From NCBI GenBank assembly GCA_040357565.1, contig JBDODJ010000117.1: 35,973 bases of DNA, one strand, 5' to 3'. The stretch is from Cercozoa sp. M6MM (Eukaryota > Protista > Endomyxa: Ascetosporea). The position numbers were made by a program, and so were the translations under genes. This document shows, piece by piece, positions 21,880 to 32,247 of this stretch; positions within the stretch are counted from its first letter, which is position 1; each line of letters starts with the position of its first letter. Under the pieces are notes generated by a model. The model worked only from the letters and a program-made list of their open reading frames with translations. It did not search any database and was not told where the DNA came from.

Positions 21880-24136
21880 CTACTCGGCACGTGAGATCTG
21901 GCGCCGCGAGCGCTTCAGCTTGCCGCGCAGGCGCTGCTGCAGCGAGGCATCGGCTGGGCCGGCGGATTGCTGCTTCTTGGGCTCGCTGTGAGACGCACCC
22001 GAGACGCTGCTGTCGTCGGCACGCTTCCTGCTCTTGTTGCTCTTGCGCATGCCCTTGGGTCGGCGCGACTTGTCGCCAAACTTGCCGATTTTCTTGGTCT
22101 TGCCGTCCTTCTTGACGATGGTGGACTTGCCCTTTTTGGTGCCTTTCTTCTTCTTGCCCTATATGGTGAGGGAGATACACACAACGAGACTCACCTGATA
22201 GGAAAAAGCACCTTGGTAGTGGACTCTTCTGCCAGTCGGAGCTGCTGCTGCTGTCGGCGCTCATTTTGCTCCTCCTCGGAGCTGCAAAAACGCGTATAGG
22301 AAATCGTCGATACATCCATACAAAAGACAGAGGATACAGGTTGCGCCAGCGCGCCTTCTTCTTCTTCTTGTCTTTGGACTCAACGCTGTCGTTTTCTTGC
22401 ACCTTGCCGCTCTTCTTATCTATGGGTATACATTATATACAGGCACAGACACAACTACGTGCAAGCACAGCATGTACCAGGCAGGTGGACACGGCCGTGT
22501 TTCTTCTGCTCCTTCTCTCGTCGGCGCTGTTTCTTGGCCTCTCGCTGCTCGGCGTTCTTCTGCACTCAGACAGTAGGAGAGTAAGGCAAGCGAAGATATG
22601 AGGACGGACGCGTGCTCACCTTCTTCTGCTTGGACTTGTTGTCGGCGGCCTTCTTGAGCACCTGCGTCGACTGCCATTGTCGCACGCGCACCTCCCTTTA
22701 AGTTAACATGCACGGATAACAGGAGGATGGAAAGGCGGCAATGAATACCTGTTGGCGATTTTGAAATTGGCCGGCGACTTGCGTGCCTCAGCCAGTGCCT
22801 TCTCGAGCGCCTCGCGCGTCACAAAATTCACGTAGCCGAAACCCTTGCCGATTCCGATGTTGGCATCACGCACGCAGCGCACCGACCGGATACCGCGGTG
22901 CCCAACACCTATTCGACAAGTCAAGACCGCGAGGTACACAGATGTGTACTCGTACAGACAGTTGAATACCTTCGACATTGGCGAAAAGAACGCGCAGTTC
23001 CTCGTCGCGCACGTTCAGCGGCAGATTTCCGCAGAACAGAGCGAACTTCTGCGCAGGAAATAAAGTGAAATGATGGTGCGATGAGAAAGCACAGAGGCCA
23101 AAACACAGAGATTAACGATTCAAGTCAGTACCTGATCGCTGGCGGCATCGCGGTTGGCCATGTCGACCGACAGGTGGTGCGACTCGCCGCACAAGCTTCC
23201 GTTCAGCTCGCTCACCTGCCGAGAATATATATATATATATATATGTATATACATGGAGATATATACACGTCATACCGCCTTCTGAGCCGCCTCAACCGTC
23301 GCCATGACAACGTACGCATTCATTGTGTCCTGTAGAGACAACAAGTGCATCGGAATAGGTGACAAGGCAGAAGATCCTTAGTTACACGTTGTTCGTGGAA
23401 GTCGCCGGTGAGAACAGCCGCCTTGCGCGGCATCAACGGGTTTCTGTGTTGACAGTGTGATAGACATGCAATGCCAAGCAGACGAAGAGACAATGATACC
23501 GAGTGCCTGCCGAACGGAAACGGACCGCCTCGACCTACAGTGAGGGAGGTATCGAGAGGCGACAACATAGGGAGGTACGAGAGATTGTACCTTGCCACAC
23601 GACTTAAATAGTTTCATGAGCGTCTTGCGAGTGGCGTCCAGGCCCATCTACAAACACATACACAACATCAACAACAACACAGACAGCAGTCAACACAGGC
23701 ATACCTTGGCAGCAGGCACGTTGGACACAAAGCACGTGCGCTCATTGCGATCGTCCTACCATGGGTACAGACATGGTCTATGTTCGTGATGTGTGTGAGA
23801 GGAGTGATGTACCTGTCGCTGTCGCTCGGCCTGCTTCTGTTGCAGCTTGACCTGCTCGGCAAACTGTTCGGCCACCTCGATGTCCTTCTGCGCCTTCTTG
23901 GACAGCTTGCGGCGCTTGCGGCGCTGCTCGCTCTCGGCATCGGCGTCGCCCTTGTTCTCGTCCTCATTGTCGCTGTGGTCGCCCTCGTTGTCGCTGTCGC
24001 TGTCGCTGTCGCTGTTGGCGGCTACACTCGACAGACCGAGCACCGGCTCTGGCGTCTCGACCACGTGCTCGACAGGCGCCGTCGGGTCCAAAAGACGCGC
24101 GATGTCACCCGCCTTGTAGCTCTCGGTCGCGCTCAT
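21880..24136 (-). CDS. RBM34: Nucleolar two-RRM RNA-binding protein RBM34/Nop12
   Basis: MSATESYKAGDIARLL N-terminus, acidic tract, RTCFVSNVP (RNP2), FKSCGKV..VRFRS, PRKAAV, MNAYVV, IRSVRCVRDANIGIGKGFGYVNF (RNP1), Lys-rich C-terminus ending ...ISRAE-TAG (21880-21882). Confidence 0.85.
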
Positions 24137-24460
24137 TGCTCTGGCACGCTGCTACTTACGCTTGCGAGGTGTAGCGTGCTTCTGGGTACGAAGTGATCTT
24201 TATACAAAATTATTAAAAAACGGATGTGGCTACAGTATAATTGTTCTGTTATTGTAACGTGATATTCTCGAAACTTTGCACACAAACAGCATTAGTTTAA
24301 CACTTGCTGCAGTATGAGCGTATTAAGTTTCGCTATGTACATGCCAGAGCCAAGTAGTTTCTTTTTTTTCGACATTATGTACGGCGCTCCGCGTTGCACT
24401 AAAACGCCATCTATCGCGTGCGTGGCCTTGTGCACACGGGGTTGTAGAGTCTAACTCATC
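24137..24460. promoter_or_regulatory. Probable bidirectional promoter shared by RBM34/Nop12 and MRPL11
   Basis: Divergent ATGs 324 bp apart, AT-rich spacer. Confidence 0.45.
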
Positions 24461-24846
24461 ATGTCAAAGGGAGGCGGCGGTGCGGCCACGCTGATGCGCT
24501 ATGTGCGTCTGCGCGTTCCAGCCGGCCAGGCCAAGCCATCTCCTGCACTGGGTCAGGCTCTGGGTCCGCTTGGTGCGTTTGTGCTTTGGTTATTGTCCGA
24601 TCAACCGACTTGGCATTATTTCTGGCGGCGATTCGTGCTTTTTGTAAGTTAGGTCTGAACATGATGATGTTCTGCAAGTCATTCAACGAGCGCACTCAGC
24701 ACTTCCGCGCGGGTACGCAAAATAGTACGAGCACATCCGACTGCACCGAACCTTGTGTATGCAGGCGTTCCGCTTCGCGTCAAGTTGTCTGCCTTCAGTG
24801 ACCGAACATTCACTTTCACCACCAAGGTAGCTTACCTGCCTTGCTC

Positions 24847-24919
<73 letters not shown>

Positions 24920-25373
24920 TGTGTGTTTGTGTGTGCGTGTGTGTGTGTTGTCGGTGCACGCATGTGTACGTGGCGTTTGTAGAACCCGCCAACGAGCTGG
25001 CTGATCAAGCAGGCCGCTGGAATTGAGAAGGTGCTTTTTTTTGTTTCGTTGATGAGCTCTGTACCTCCTGGTGTGATCATCAGGGTGCCAAGGATCGCAG
25101 CGAAAATGTCGGCTCCGTTGATGTCAGACAGGTACATTTAACAAACAATCTCACCCTGGCTTAGTTCAGCTGTATGTGCCTACCCACGGATGCAGGTTTA
25201 CGAAATCGCCAAGTTGAAGCTGCAAGACGACGGCATGGACCACCTGTCACTGCGACAAATGGTACAGCCGGTTTTACTTCTGCCCAAAACTGCCTGCCTC
25301 ATGCTCTGTCTGCTTGCAGTGCGACAACATCGTTCACAACTGCTACAACATGGGTGTCAGCGTGACCAAGTAG
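24461..25373 (+). CDS. MRPL11: Mitochondrial ribosomal protein uL11m, 7 exons
   Basis: VRLRVPAGQAKPSPALGQALGPL|GLNMMMFCKSFNERT...|GVPLRVKLSAFSDRTFTFTTK|NPPTSWLIKQAAGIEK|G...|VYEIAKLK...|..MGVSVTK-TAG (25371-25373). Confidence 0.95.
24849..24947. repeat. Intronic (GT)n microsatellite
   Basis: Directly visible. Confidence 0.95.
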
Positions 25374-25632
25374 TTTATCGTGGCCTTGCGGTCGATCGGA
25401 TTGAGGCAACATATAAATGCGATGCAACTCACATAAGTCAGTTCGATGCTTCCGGTTGTTTTGCGTTGCTACGCACAAAAAATGCAGCTTCGGATTCGAA
25501 TGTTATTAACGTAATCATGCGACGAAACGACGTTCTCCATCCGGTCAGTCAGATATGTCTGAGTTCCGGTTGCTCCGCGCGAGAGAAAGTTAATCACTTC
25601 GGACCTTTCGGAGAGTGGTGTATTGTGTTTGT

Positions 25633-25780
25633 CTGACCTCTCCGAGAGTATTGCTAACCTTACCCTGTGCTCGGTAGACTGACCTCATAGATTTTGCTCC
25701 TTTCCTGAAAAGGCTCTCTAACAGGTAAAGCACCTCTCCAGGCTCCAGTCCTTCCACTCTCGTGACATCCCTTGTTGCTG
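25633..25780 (-). repeat. Dispersed ~150-bp repeat, copy 2 (inverted relative to 17868-18026)
   Basis: Reverse complement aligns with 17868-18026 with scattered substitutions and 1-3-nt indels. Confidence 0.9.
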
Positions 25781-26012
25781 CCTTCCCAGCACAGAGAGCC
25801 TTTCTTTTACTCTTTCCTCCTTCTCCTTCCTTCATCTCTTTCAATTCATGTCGAACGAACCGAACACTAATTTAAACGACTTTTCTTTAGTCGTTGTCTT
25901 CACCCGACTAAGATTTGCGTTGCATTGGCAATCTCGCAACAAAAACGTTAGTCGAGTCACTCAGTCTGGCGTGTCCGTGCGATGCATCGAATGGATGCAA
26001 AGACCGATTCAA

Positions 26013-26468
26013 TCATTGCTGCAGCAAGTGCAAGTGCGACAGTTCGAGAGTGCACTGCGCGAATTGGTCCGTGTCACCAAAGGCGTCCACGTGCGGTCTG
26101 ATCGATACGAGACACATTATATATCGACACGCCCACGACACAATTTAGAATGCAGAGAACACGGCACCGCAAGGAGTCGATGCACTCCAGCAACGCCTCA
26201 TTCAGCGGCTCACACACGAAGAACTCCGACTTTGGTATCCTACGTGACAGGTACATCTTGTACACATGCACACAAGGTCGGGTGAAGGTGGCACCTGTCG
26301 TGCCGACGACGCTGCAGGCGTATCCACTTGACGACGGCGTCGACACGTGCCGGTGAGATGTGCACAAAGAAGCGCGCGTGTGTCGGCGACAAGAAACGTT
26401 CGCGCAGTTCGCTCACGCCATCGACGAACCGTCGCTGTCTCTGTGTGTATGTGTGTGTGTGTGTGTGT

Positions 26469-26511
<43 letters not shown>

Positions 26512-28371
26512 GAGCACCTGTACAAAAGGAGAGAATGCGCGTACCTGTCGAAGCGAGCTGAGGTCATGTCGCTGCGTTCGCAGATACAGCTTGTCCACCG
26601 AGACGACGAAGCGAATCCTCGATCGCCCTGTGTCATAAAAACACAAACCTACAAAAGACATGCAAAAGAAGAACAGGTACAAGCGACTGCGTCGTCGTCG
26701 ATGACAGAAGACGCGTTGCCCGTCGTGTTGAGCGAAGGCGAGCCGAACAAGGACGACAGGCGACGACCCCGCTGGCCTGGAGTTGTCGGGGCACTGATCT
26801 GAACACGCAAACAGACCTTCCATCACAACATACGTGTAGCTTGTGTTGCATGAAACCGAAAAGGCAGAGTCAGACGAGCAGTCGTCCACGCTGCTGAACC
26901 GACTCAACGGGGTACTGTTGCCTGTTGGACCAGATGAATATGTCAGGGTGGTAAGGGTATCATAGGTGTACCAAAAGAAATGTTCGACATGACACTGCTG
27001 TTGTCTAGCAGAAGTCTGTCCTGCACAGGGAACTCTGGTCGGCGCTCTTTGATCTGTATGCACACCAGATGTAAACTCGTGCGTCCACACACGTTAGCGT
27101 CTGAGTTTGGCACCATCCAAGTCGAGAACTGGCGCCTCAGTTTCTCCACTCGCAGAAACTGTCGCACATCCGTCAGCTGCGCACAGAACCAACTGTTCGG
27201 GTAGTGCCTGTGAAGAAATGTGTCACTGCACCAAAGTATTGACAAGGTGCTCGACTTCCATCGTTTCCTTCTGCGCGGTCGCTCCTGCAAAATAAATAAT
27301 ACAACACCAGCATTAGTAAGCACAGCGGTACCGATGATATCGTCGAATGCGTCAATGTTGTCGTTCAACCTGTCATGATAGCTTCCTGTGAACAAAACGA
27401 AAACACGCAGATGCGGGCATCTCGTCAATCAGTCATCTGTCAAATAGAGAACAAACGAAATGCCCGAAGCCACTGTATCCGCGCGGACGAACTTCGCGTC
27501 CGAAACTACGGTAGAATAATGCTAGGATGCACTAGCCAGTATCTGAAGGCGAAAGAGTACGGTGAGAACATCGCCATCTCTTGAACGCACTTCCATCAGT
27601 AGCGAGTTTGAATAGTTTCCTGAGACAAGCGCGCATACACCCACAACTACACGAGGACAAACAAGACCAGGCACCCTCCAGTGGTCGCTCAATTGTCGGA
27701 GTCTCTGTGTCTGCTAAGTCGAACGCGTATCACAACATGGACCCTGATTTGAGTCAAAAGGAGCAAGTGGATGGTACCACTCGAGGATGTCGACGAGGAA
27801 GCACCCGGTGCGTGCACAAAAGTGCGCGCGAACTTTCGCAGCTTTCGCTCGTTCTCGACTTCTTTCTCTCTTTCGAAAAACCATTGGTAAAAGTCGAAAG
27901 AAAGAAAGCAAAGAACAGACAAAAACACACGAGCGCTGCTCGAATTCGACAAGCTCGGGCGCCAATTCAAACCAGCTGACAAACAAAGCAAAACAAAACA
28001 AAATAAAAACGGCCAATTTAATTCAACTCCATAAACCATGTCAAAGTACCGCCTTTCACCAACACGCACAAGCTTCGCGTAACAATCGTCGACACAAAAG
28101 CTTTTGGTCTGTTGTAGCAAAGCAAGTGACGCAAAGTCGAGTGGGAAGCAACGAAAGCTACGTATCGGTCGCTTTTGTCGAGTGCCGAGTGGCGCCGCAG
28201 CACGCCGCTTCGGCACAGCACAAACCAGTGTTCTTGCCAGCGATTGCCGCGCGCGTCCCACTGCAAACAAAACCCAGTTTGTTTGTCCAGTACGATAATT
28301 ATTATTGGTCAAGCATGGTCACAAAACACAATGTTTAAAAGCACCTGTTCTAAAAACCCACAGTGCTCCAT
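26013..28371 (-). CDS. PH-domain + RGS-homology-domain protein (about 14 introns)
   Basis: Hand-spliced: MEHCGFLEQ|WDARGNRWQEHWFVLCRSGVLRRH (PH beta1-beta3) ... LLMEVRSRDGDVLT|FRTRSSSARIQWLRAFR (PH beta6-7 plus helix with the conserved Trp). RGS-like: LTDVRQFLRVEKLRRQFSTWM|IKERRPE ... RIRFVVSVDKL ... VSELRERFLSPTHARFFVHISPARVDAVV ... PLNEALLECIDSLR|PHVDAFGDTDQF; TGA at 26013-26015. Junction phases are consistent; no single ORF in the track shows this gene. Confidence 0.65.
26443..26509. repeat. Intronic (GT)n/(CA)n microsatellite running up to the 3' splice site of a minus-strand intron
   Basis: Directly visible. Confidence 0.9.
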
Positions 28372-28580
28372 GTGCACACCACGGGGTGCTACCCACGCCG
28401 CTGCACACGGAGCTATGGAGTTTTGATACCGTACGGTAATGTACTGTACCAGTAGTACTGGCTACAGTACAGTTTTCTGCTTGGGCTCCCGCCTTACGTT
28501 CCAGTTTCAAAAACTTCAAGCGCAGTTCCGTCCCGAGTTTCTACACGTCCCGGACTGACATTAAGTGCTTCACGCTAGTT

Positions 28581-28730
28581 AACTCAATTGGTACGCACCA
28601 ACCATGAAGTCGACTTCGGTAACTGGGGAACGTCAAAGGGGAGTTGTAAACTTATGGTCACGGCCACGCAGGGAAACTACATCGGTGGTTTCCTAGAAGA
28701 CTCAACTAACTAACGAACTCAATTGGTACG
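28581..28730 (+). mobile_element. Candidate short/5'-truncated non-LTR retroelement (SINE/LINE 3' end) with 15-bp target-site duplication
   Basis: aactcaattggtacg at 28581-28595 and 28716-28730; 120-bp insert ends in a stem-loop ggaaactac-atcg-gtggtttcc (28672-28693) followed by an (aact)n-like tail. Confidence 0.55.
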
Positions 28731-28801
28731 GATACGTCTGCTGTACCCATCGTAATACATTTGCGGAATATAGATGCAAGGCATGTCATCCGAAAATCAC
28801 A

Positions 28802-30786
28802 TCACGGAATGATCTGTGCTTGCACAAGCGAGTTTCGAATGATAATGTCTTTCTGCACGAAGAACAGCGAAAGTACTTTGCACAAGGCATGGTCTATATC
28901 GGTATGTACCGTGAAGTCAAAGACACGTCGAACACTCTCGGTGTCGACGGCGCACGTCGCATGGATATACTGCGGTCTGCCGTTGAGTCGTTCGACAAAG
29001 AGACCAGTGAGAAAGTCGAGGCCCTCTTGATAAGACTGGCCTCCCTGAGTGTTCATACCATACCTTTAAACCCGAGATACCATATGTTGTGTTCAATCAA
29101 ACCTGGTACGAGGCGCACATTGGCGAGGTTTGCAGTGGGATCTTCCGCACTTCCATTTTTTCCTTGAACAGGTCGCTGTCCACATAAAACACCCGACATA
29201 AGCGATTGGCACAGTATATACGCACGTACCTTTTATTGAGGAACAGAATTATCGGCGTCTTTTTGAACCATCTTGAACGGCAGACGTCCTCTGAGTACAG
29301 TATGAGTATATGAGTGTGCGCGGACACGAAGCAAACACTGACAGAAAAAACGAACGCACCAAAGAGCATGACGGCCTCATCAAACGCGTTCACGTCGGCG
29401 TCTTCGAACAGCTGTACGTCGTAGTCCGAGATGCTGGCGACAAACATCACCGCCTGCAAAACACGGTTATGGTGAAACACCGTCCGGTCTCACAGACAAA
29501 ATAAAACGCACTGTAATGGCTTTCTCAAAAACGTGAATCCACTGTACAGACAACAAGAGCATAAGACACTGAACTTGCAGAAACAGACACACACTGGATA
29601 GAAACACCTTGCGACGCTCGTTGCGTTGTCCACCGACATCGTACACGATGAAGTGATTTCGCGAACTGCAGTTGAATGCGATAAAGTCTACTATACCGCT
29701 CTCTCCCAAAACAATGTAGAGCATCAAAGTACACGGTGAATTCTGTCTCCACAACGCCTGTCGTTCGGACTCGCATGCGCAGTAAGTCCTCTGTTTGTAT
29801 TGCAGACAACATCATAGGTATCGGAAGTCTTCTATTATACAGTAACTTACCAAAGGTTGGAACGTATCCAGGCGATGCCAGCAGCTGAATTTTATCTACT
29901 CAGACAGAAGCGTCTCCGTACACGCATATGCAGCAAGCGTCGTGTACCGAACAGATAGGACACGCCGTCTGGCAGGTGCACTGAATGTTTCTCGCGCTGG
30001 GTAAAGACGGTCTGGACTGCATGACTCTGCCATAGCATCTGCGCTCCGCAGATATGTATCAGTGGCAATACGTACACTGGCCACCGGAAGAAATGTAAAC
30101 TTACAGCCACATCGGCGGCCTCGGAGGCACTCAGTATCGTCTCGTCTTCGACTCTTTCGATGTGCTGTGCTGCACTTGCTTCTTCTGTTGATGTATACAC
30201 AGTTGGCATAAAAAAAGACAAAAACACGGTATTCTGAAGTTTCATGGCACCGGCCGAGAAGTCTTCGTACTCGCAGTGTTCCAAAAGTGCATGCATAGCC
30301 GATACGACGTTTCTACCGACAGAAAAATCAACAGGATACACGCGCCTTCAATAAGAGGAACCGCGTATTACCCAATCATAGAACTCGTGTGTGTCGCGAG
30401 TGTTTCTGTGTCAAAACCTTTGCCGTGAATGTGCGTCAGCTGCCGCAGTATCGTGCTCTTGCCAGACCCTGCATCAGTGCACACGTCACACGCATGATAC
30501 TGTGATTCACATGTACAGTACCGCCTGCGCCAAGCAGCAAGAGTTTCTTGAGAGCACCTCCTTCCCGACAACTACATTCGTGTGTCAATGCACTGTTGGC
30601 TGTCCCACAACGAATGCCATTGTCCGCTTTGTGTACCTGCGTTTAAGTTCGTTGTCGACAAGGGCGCTGCGTTGCGACGCCGCGCGTTCTTCTGTTTACA
30701 CGCACAGTACAAGTTCCAATGCGGCACATGCGCACCCCCAGTTGTTGCGCCCGCTTACCTGGAGTTCCACTTGCACAGCAAGGCAT
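28802..30786 (-). CDS. Heterotrimeric G-protein alpha subunit (about 15 introns)
   Basis: MPCCASGTP|EERAASQRSALVDNELKR|..KKLLLLGAG|GSGKSTILRQL (G1); DLLRMRVRTTGVVE (G2); YDVGGQRNERRK|WIHVFE (G3); IILFLNK|SDLF (G4); IHATCAVDT (G5); KDIIIRNSLVQAQIIP-TGA. Confidence 0.96.
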
Positions 30787-31000
30787 TGTGGGACGTCAGA
30801 AGTGACCCACGCCCAAACGTCAATACAGGCCGTGGCGCGCGTACTCTTGTCGCTGTGTGTGCGCACAAGATCGCTCGTAGGCTAGTACACCAAGGCAAGC
30901 CTCCGGAGTGTATCCTGATCTCGCTGGGCTCAAGTAGTGTGCGACCCAAAAGACCGATCAATTGTTGGTCGGTCGTCACGTGACCAACGACAGGAGCGGC

Positions 31001-31051
31001 AACTCGTGTTAATTCCAAACTCGTGCTAATTCCAAACTCGTGTCAATTCCA
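31001..31051. repeat. 3 x 17-bp tandem repeat upstream of the G-alpha start
   Basis: aactcgtgttaattcca / aactcgtgctaattcca / aactcgtgtcaattcca. Confidence 0.92.
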
Positions 31052-31126
31052 TGTTATTCTGCAATTTTCTATTAATGTAAATTTCCGACTTGTCGCGCAA
31101 CAATGATTGCTTGCTGTCGCGTGTGC

Positions 31127-32247
31127 TCAGCGTAGACGGTGACCGCGGCTGCGCGCGACGTGTGGTTGCGCCGGGGCAAAGAGACGCGACCACGCGTTTG
31201 GAGTCTGTAGCGTGCGCTTGCCGTTTACTCTGCCCACAGCATGAGCCCGTCTGTTGTCTATCCCAGGCAAAGAAAAAACAGCGCACCGCTCGGCAATGTC
31301 GGTGAGGAAGACGTAGAGATGACCGGCAAAGATCGACAGCAGGTCCGACACGATTGACTGAGCGCAAGCGTGTCCACTTAATTTGTGGATGTCCCCAATA
31401 AACACGTCTGTACCTGTCCGATGACGAGGTGAAACACGCACAAAGCGAACGGCAGGTGCCAAGCCTTCATCTGGAAGCCGTACACTGCACCAGACATTAA
31501 ATGAGACTGTGTAAAACATGGTGTGAATCCCAAGAAATTTACTAGAGACGGGCGTCATGATGTTCTTGCGCGACCACACATAAAGCAACACGTTGATCAG
31601 GGACGGACCGTAGGCGAAAAAGTTGAGACGCGGTGTAAGCCAGGCACACGCGTAAAACAGCGCCATACAGCACAGCAGCATGAAGGTTCTGTGCAAATTC
31701 AGACATTCAACATATTCATTCAGTCCAGGAAGAGGAGAAAGCGGGATACAAATCAGCACGGCCTTGGTGGCCCGAGAAGTGCTGCGTCTCCAATGTCGCG
31801 CCGTACTTGAGCTGCACTAACAATCATTCTTTTTGATCGCACAAGGGCAGGAGTTGAAACAACAGTTGACAGGTGAGACAAACGAGCAGCACCAGCAAGA
31901 TCTGCGAGATCAAGAACGAGAACGAGAAGCCACCAACAAACACGGCAGCTGTGGCCAACCGCCAAACCTGTCCTCACAAGACAGAGTGCTCAGGGAGATA
32001 GCCTACACACGTTTCACAATGCACCTGAAACTCCTTGATGAAGTCGGGAACAAATAGAAGTTTCATCGGGTCCAGGAAGCCCAGCGAAGTCAGCACTGTC
32101 AGCGAACACGACGCCAGGAACAATGTCTACATTCAGACAGGTAAGGTTCTATTGCCTCCAGGTGAAATAAACAGGGTTGGGTAGTACCCGCGTCACTGGC
32201 GGGATGCTGTAGAGCCATTGCTCGACGGCGCTGCGCTGCACTGCCAT
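31127..32247 (-). CDS. DERL2: Derlin (Der1-like ERAD rhomboid pseudoprotease)
   Basis: QWLYSIPPVTR|TLFLAS...LDPMKL...FQ|VWRLATAAVFVG (WR motif), LETQHFSG...AD, LLYVWSRKN, LPF, IFAGHLYVFL, TP..W..LF, and C-terminal SRGHRL (degenerate SHP box). Paralogue assignment is uncertain. Confidence 0.85.

Noticed and set aside
1923-24335. GCGAAA/TTTCGC (E2F-like) words upstream of several starts
   Set aside because: A 6-mer is expected many times by chance in 36 kb; enrichment cannot be shown by eye.
27190-27330. Possible PX domain between PH and RGS regions
   Set aside because: Only a vague resemblance; the RRY(S)xF motif is absent and exon structure here is uncertain.
6788-30786. Non-canonical (non GT-AG) introns or stop-codon reassignment
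   Set aside because: All well-anchored genes splice with GT-AG and end in TAA, TAG or TGA; apparent in-frame stops resolve with alternative canonical junctions.
31001-31051. Possible CRISPR-like array
   Set aside because: 17-bp units are directly adjacent with no spacers, no cas genes, eukaryotic context.
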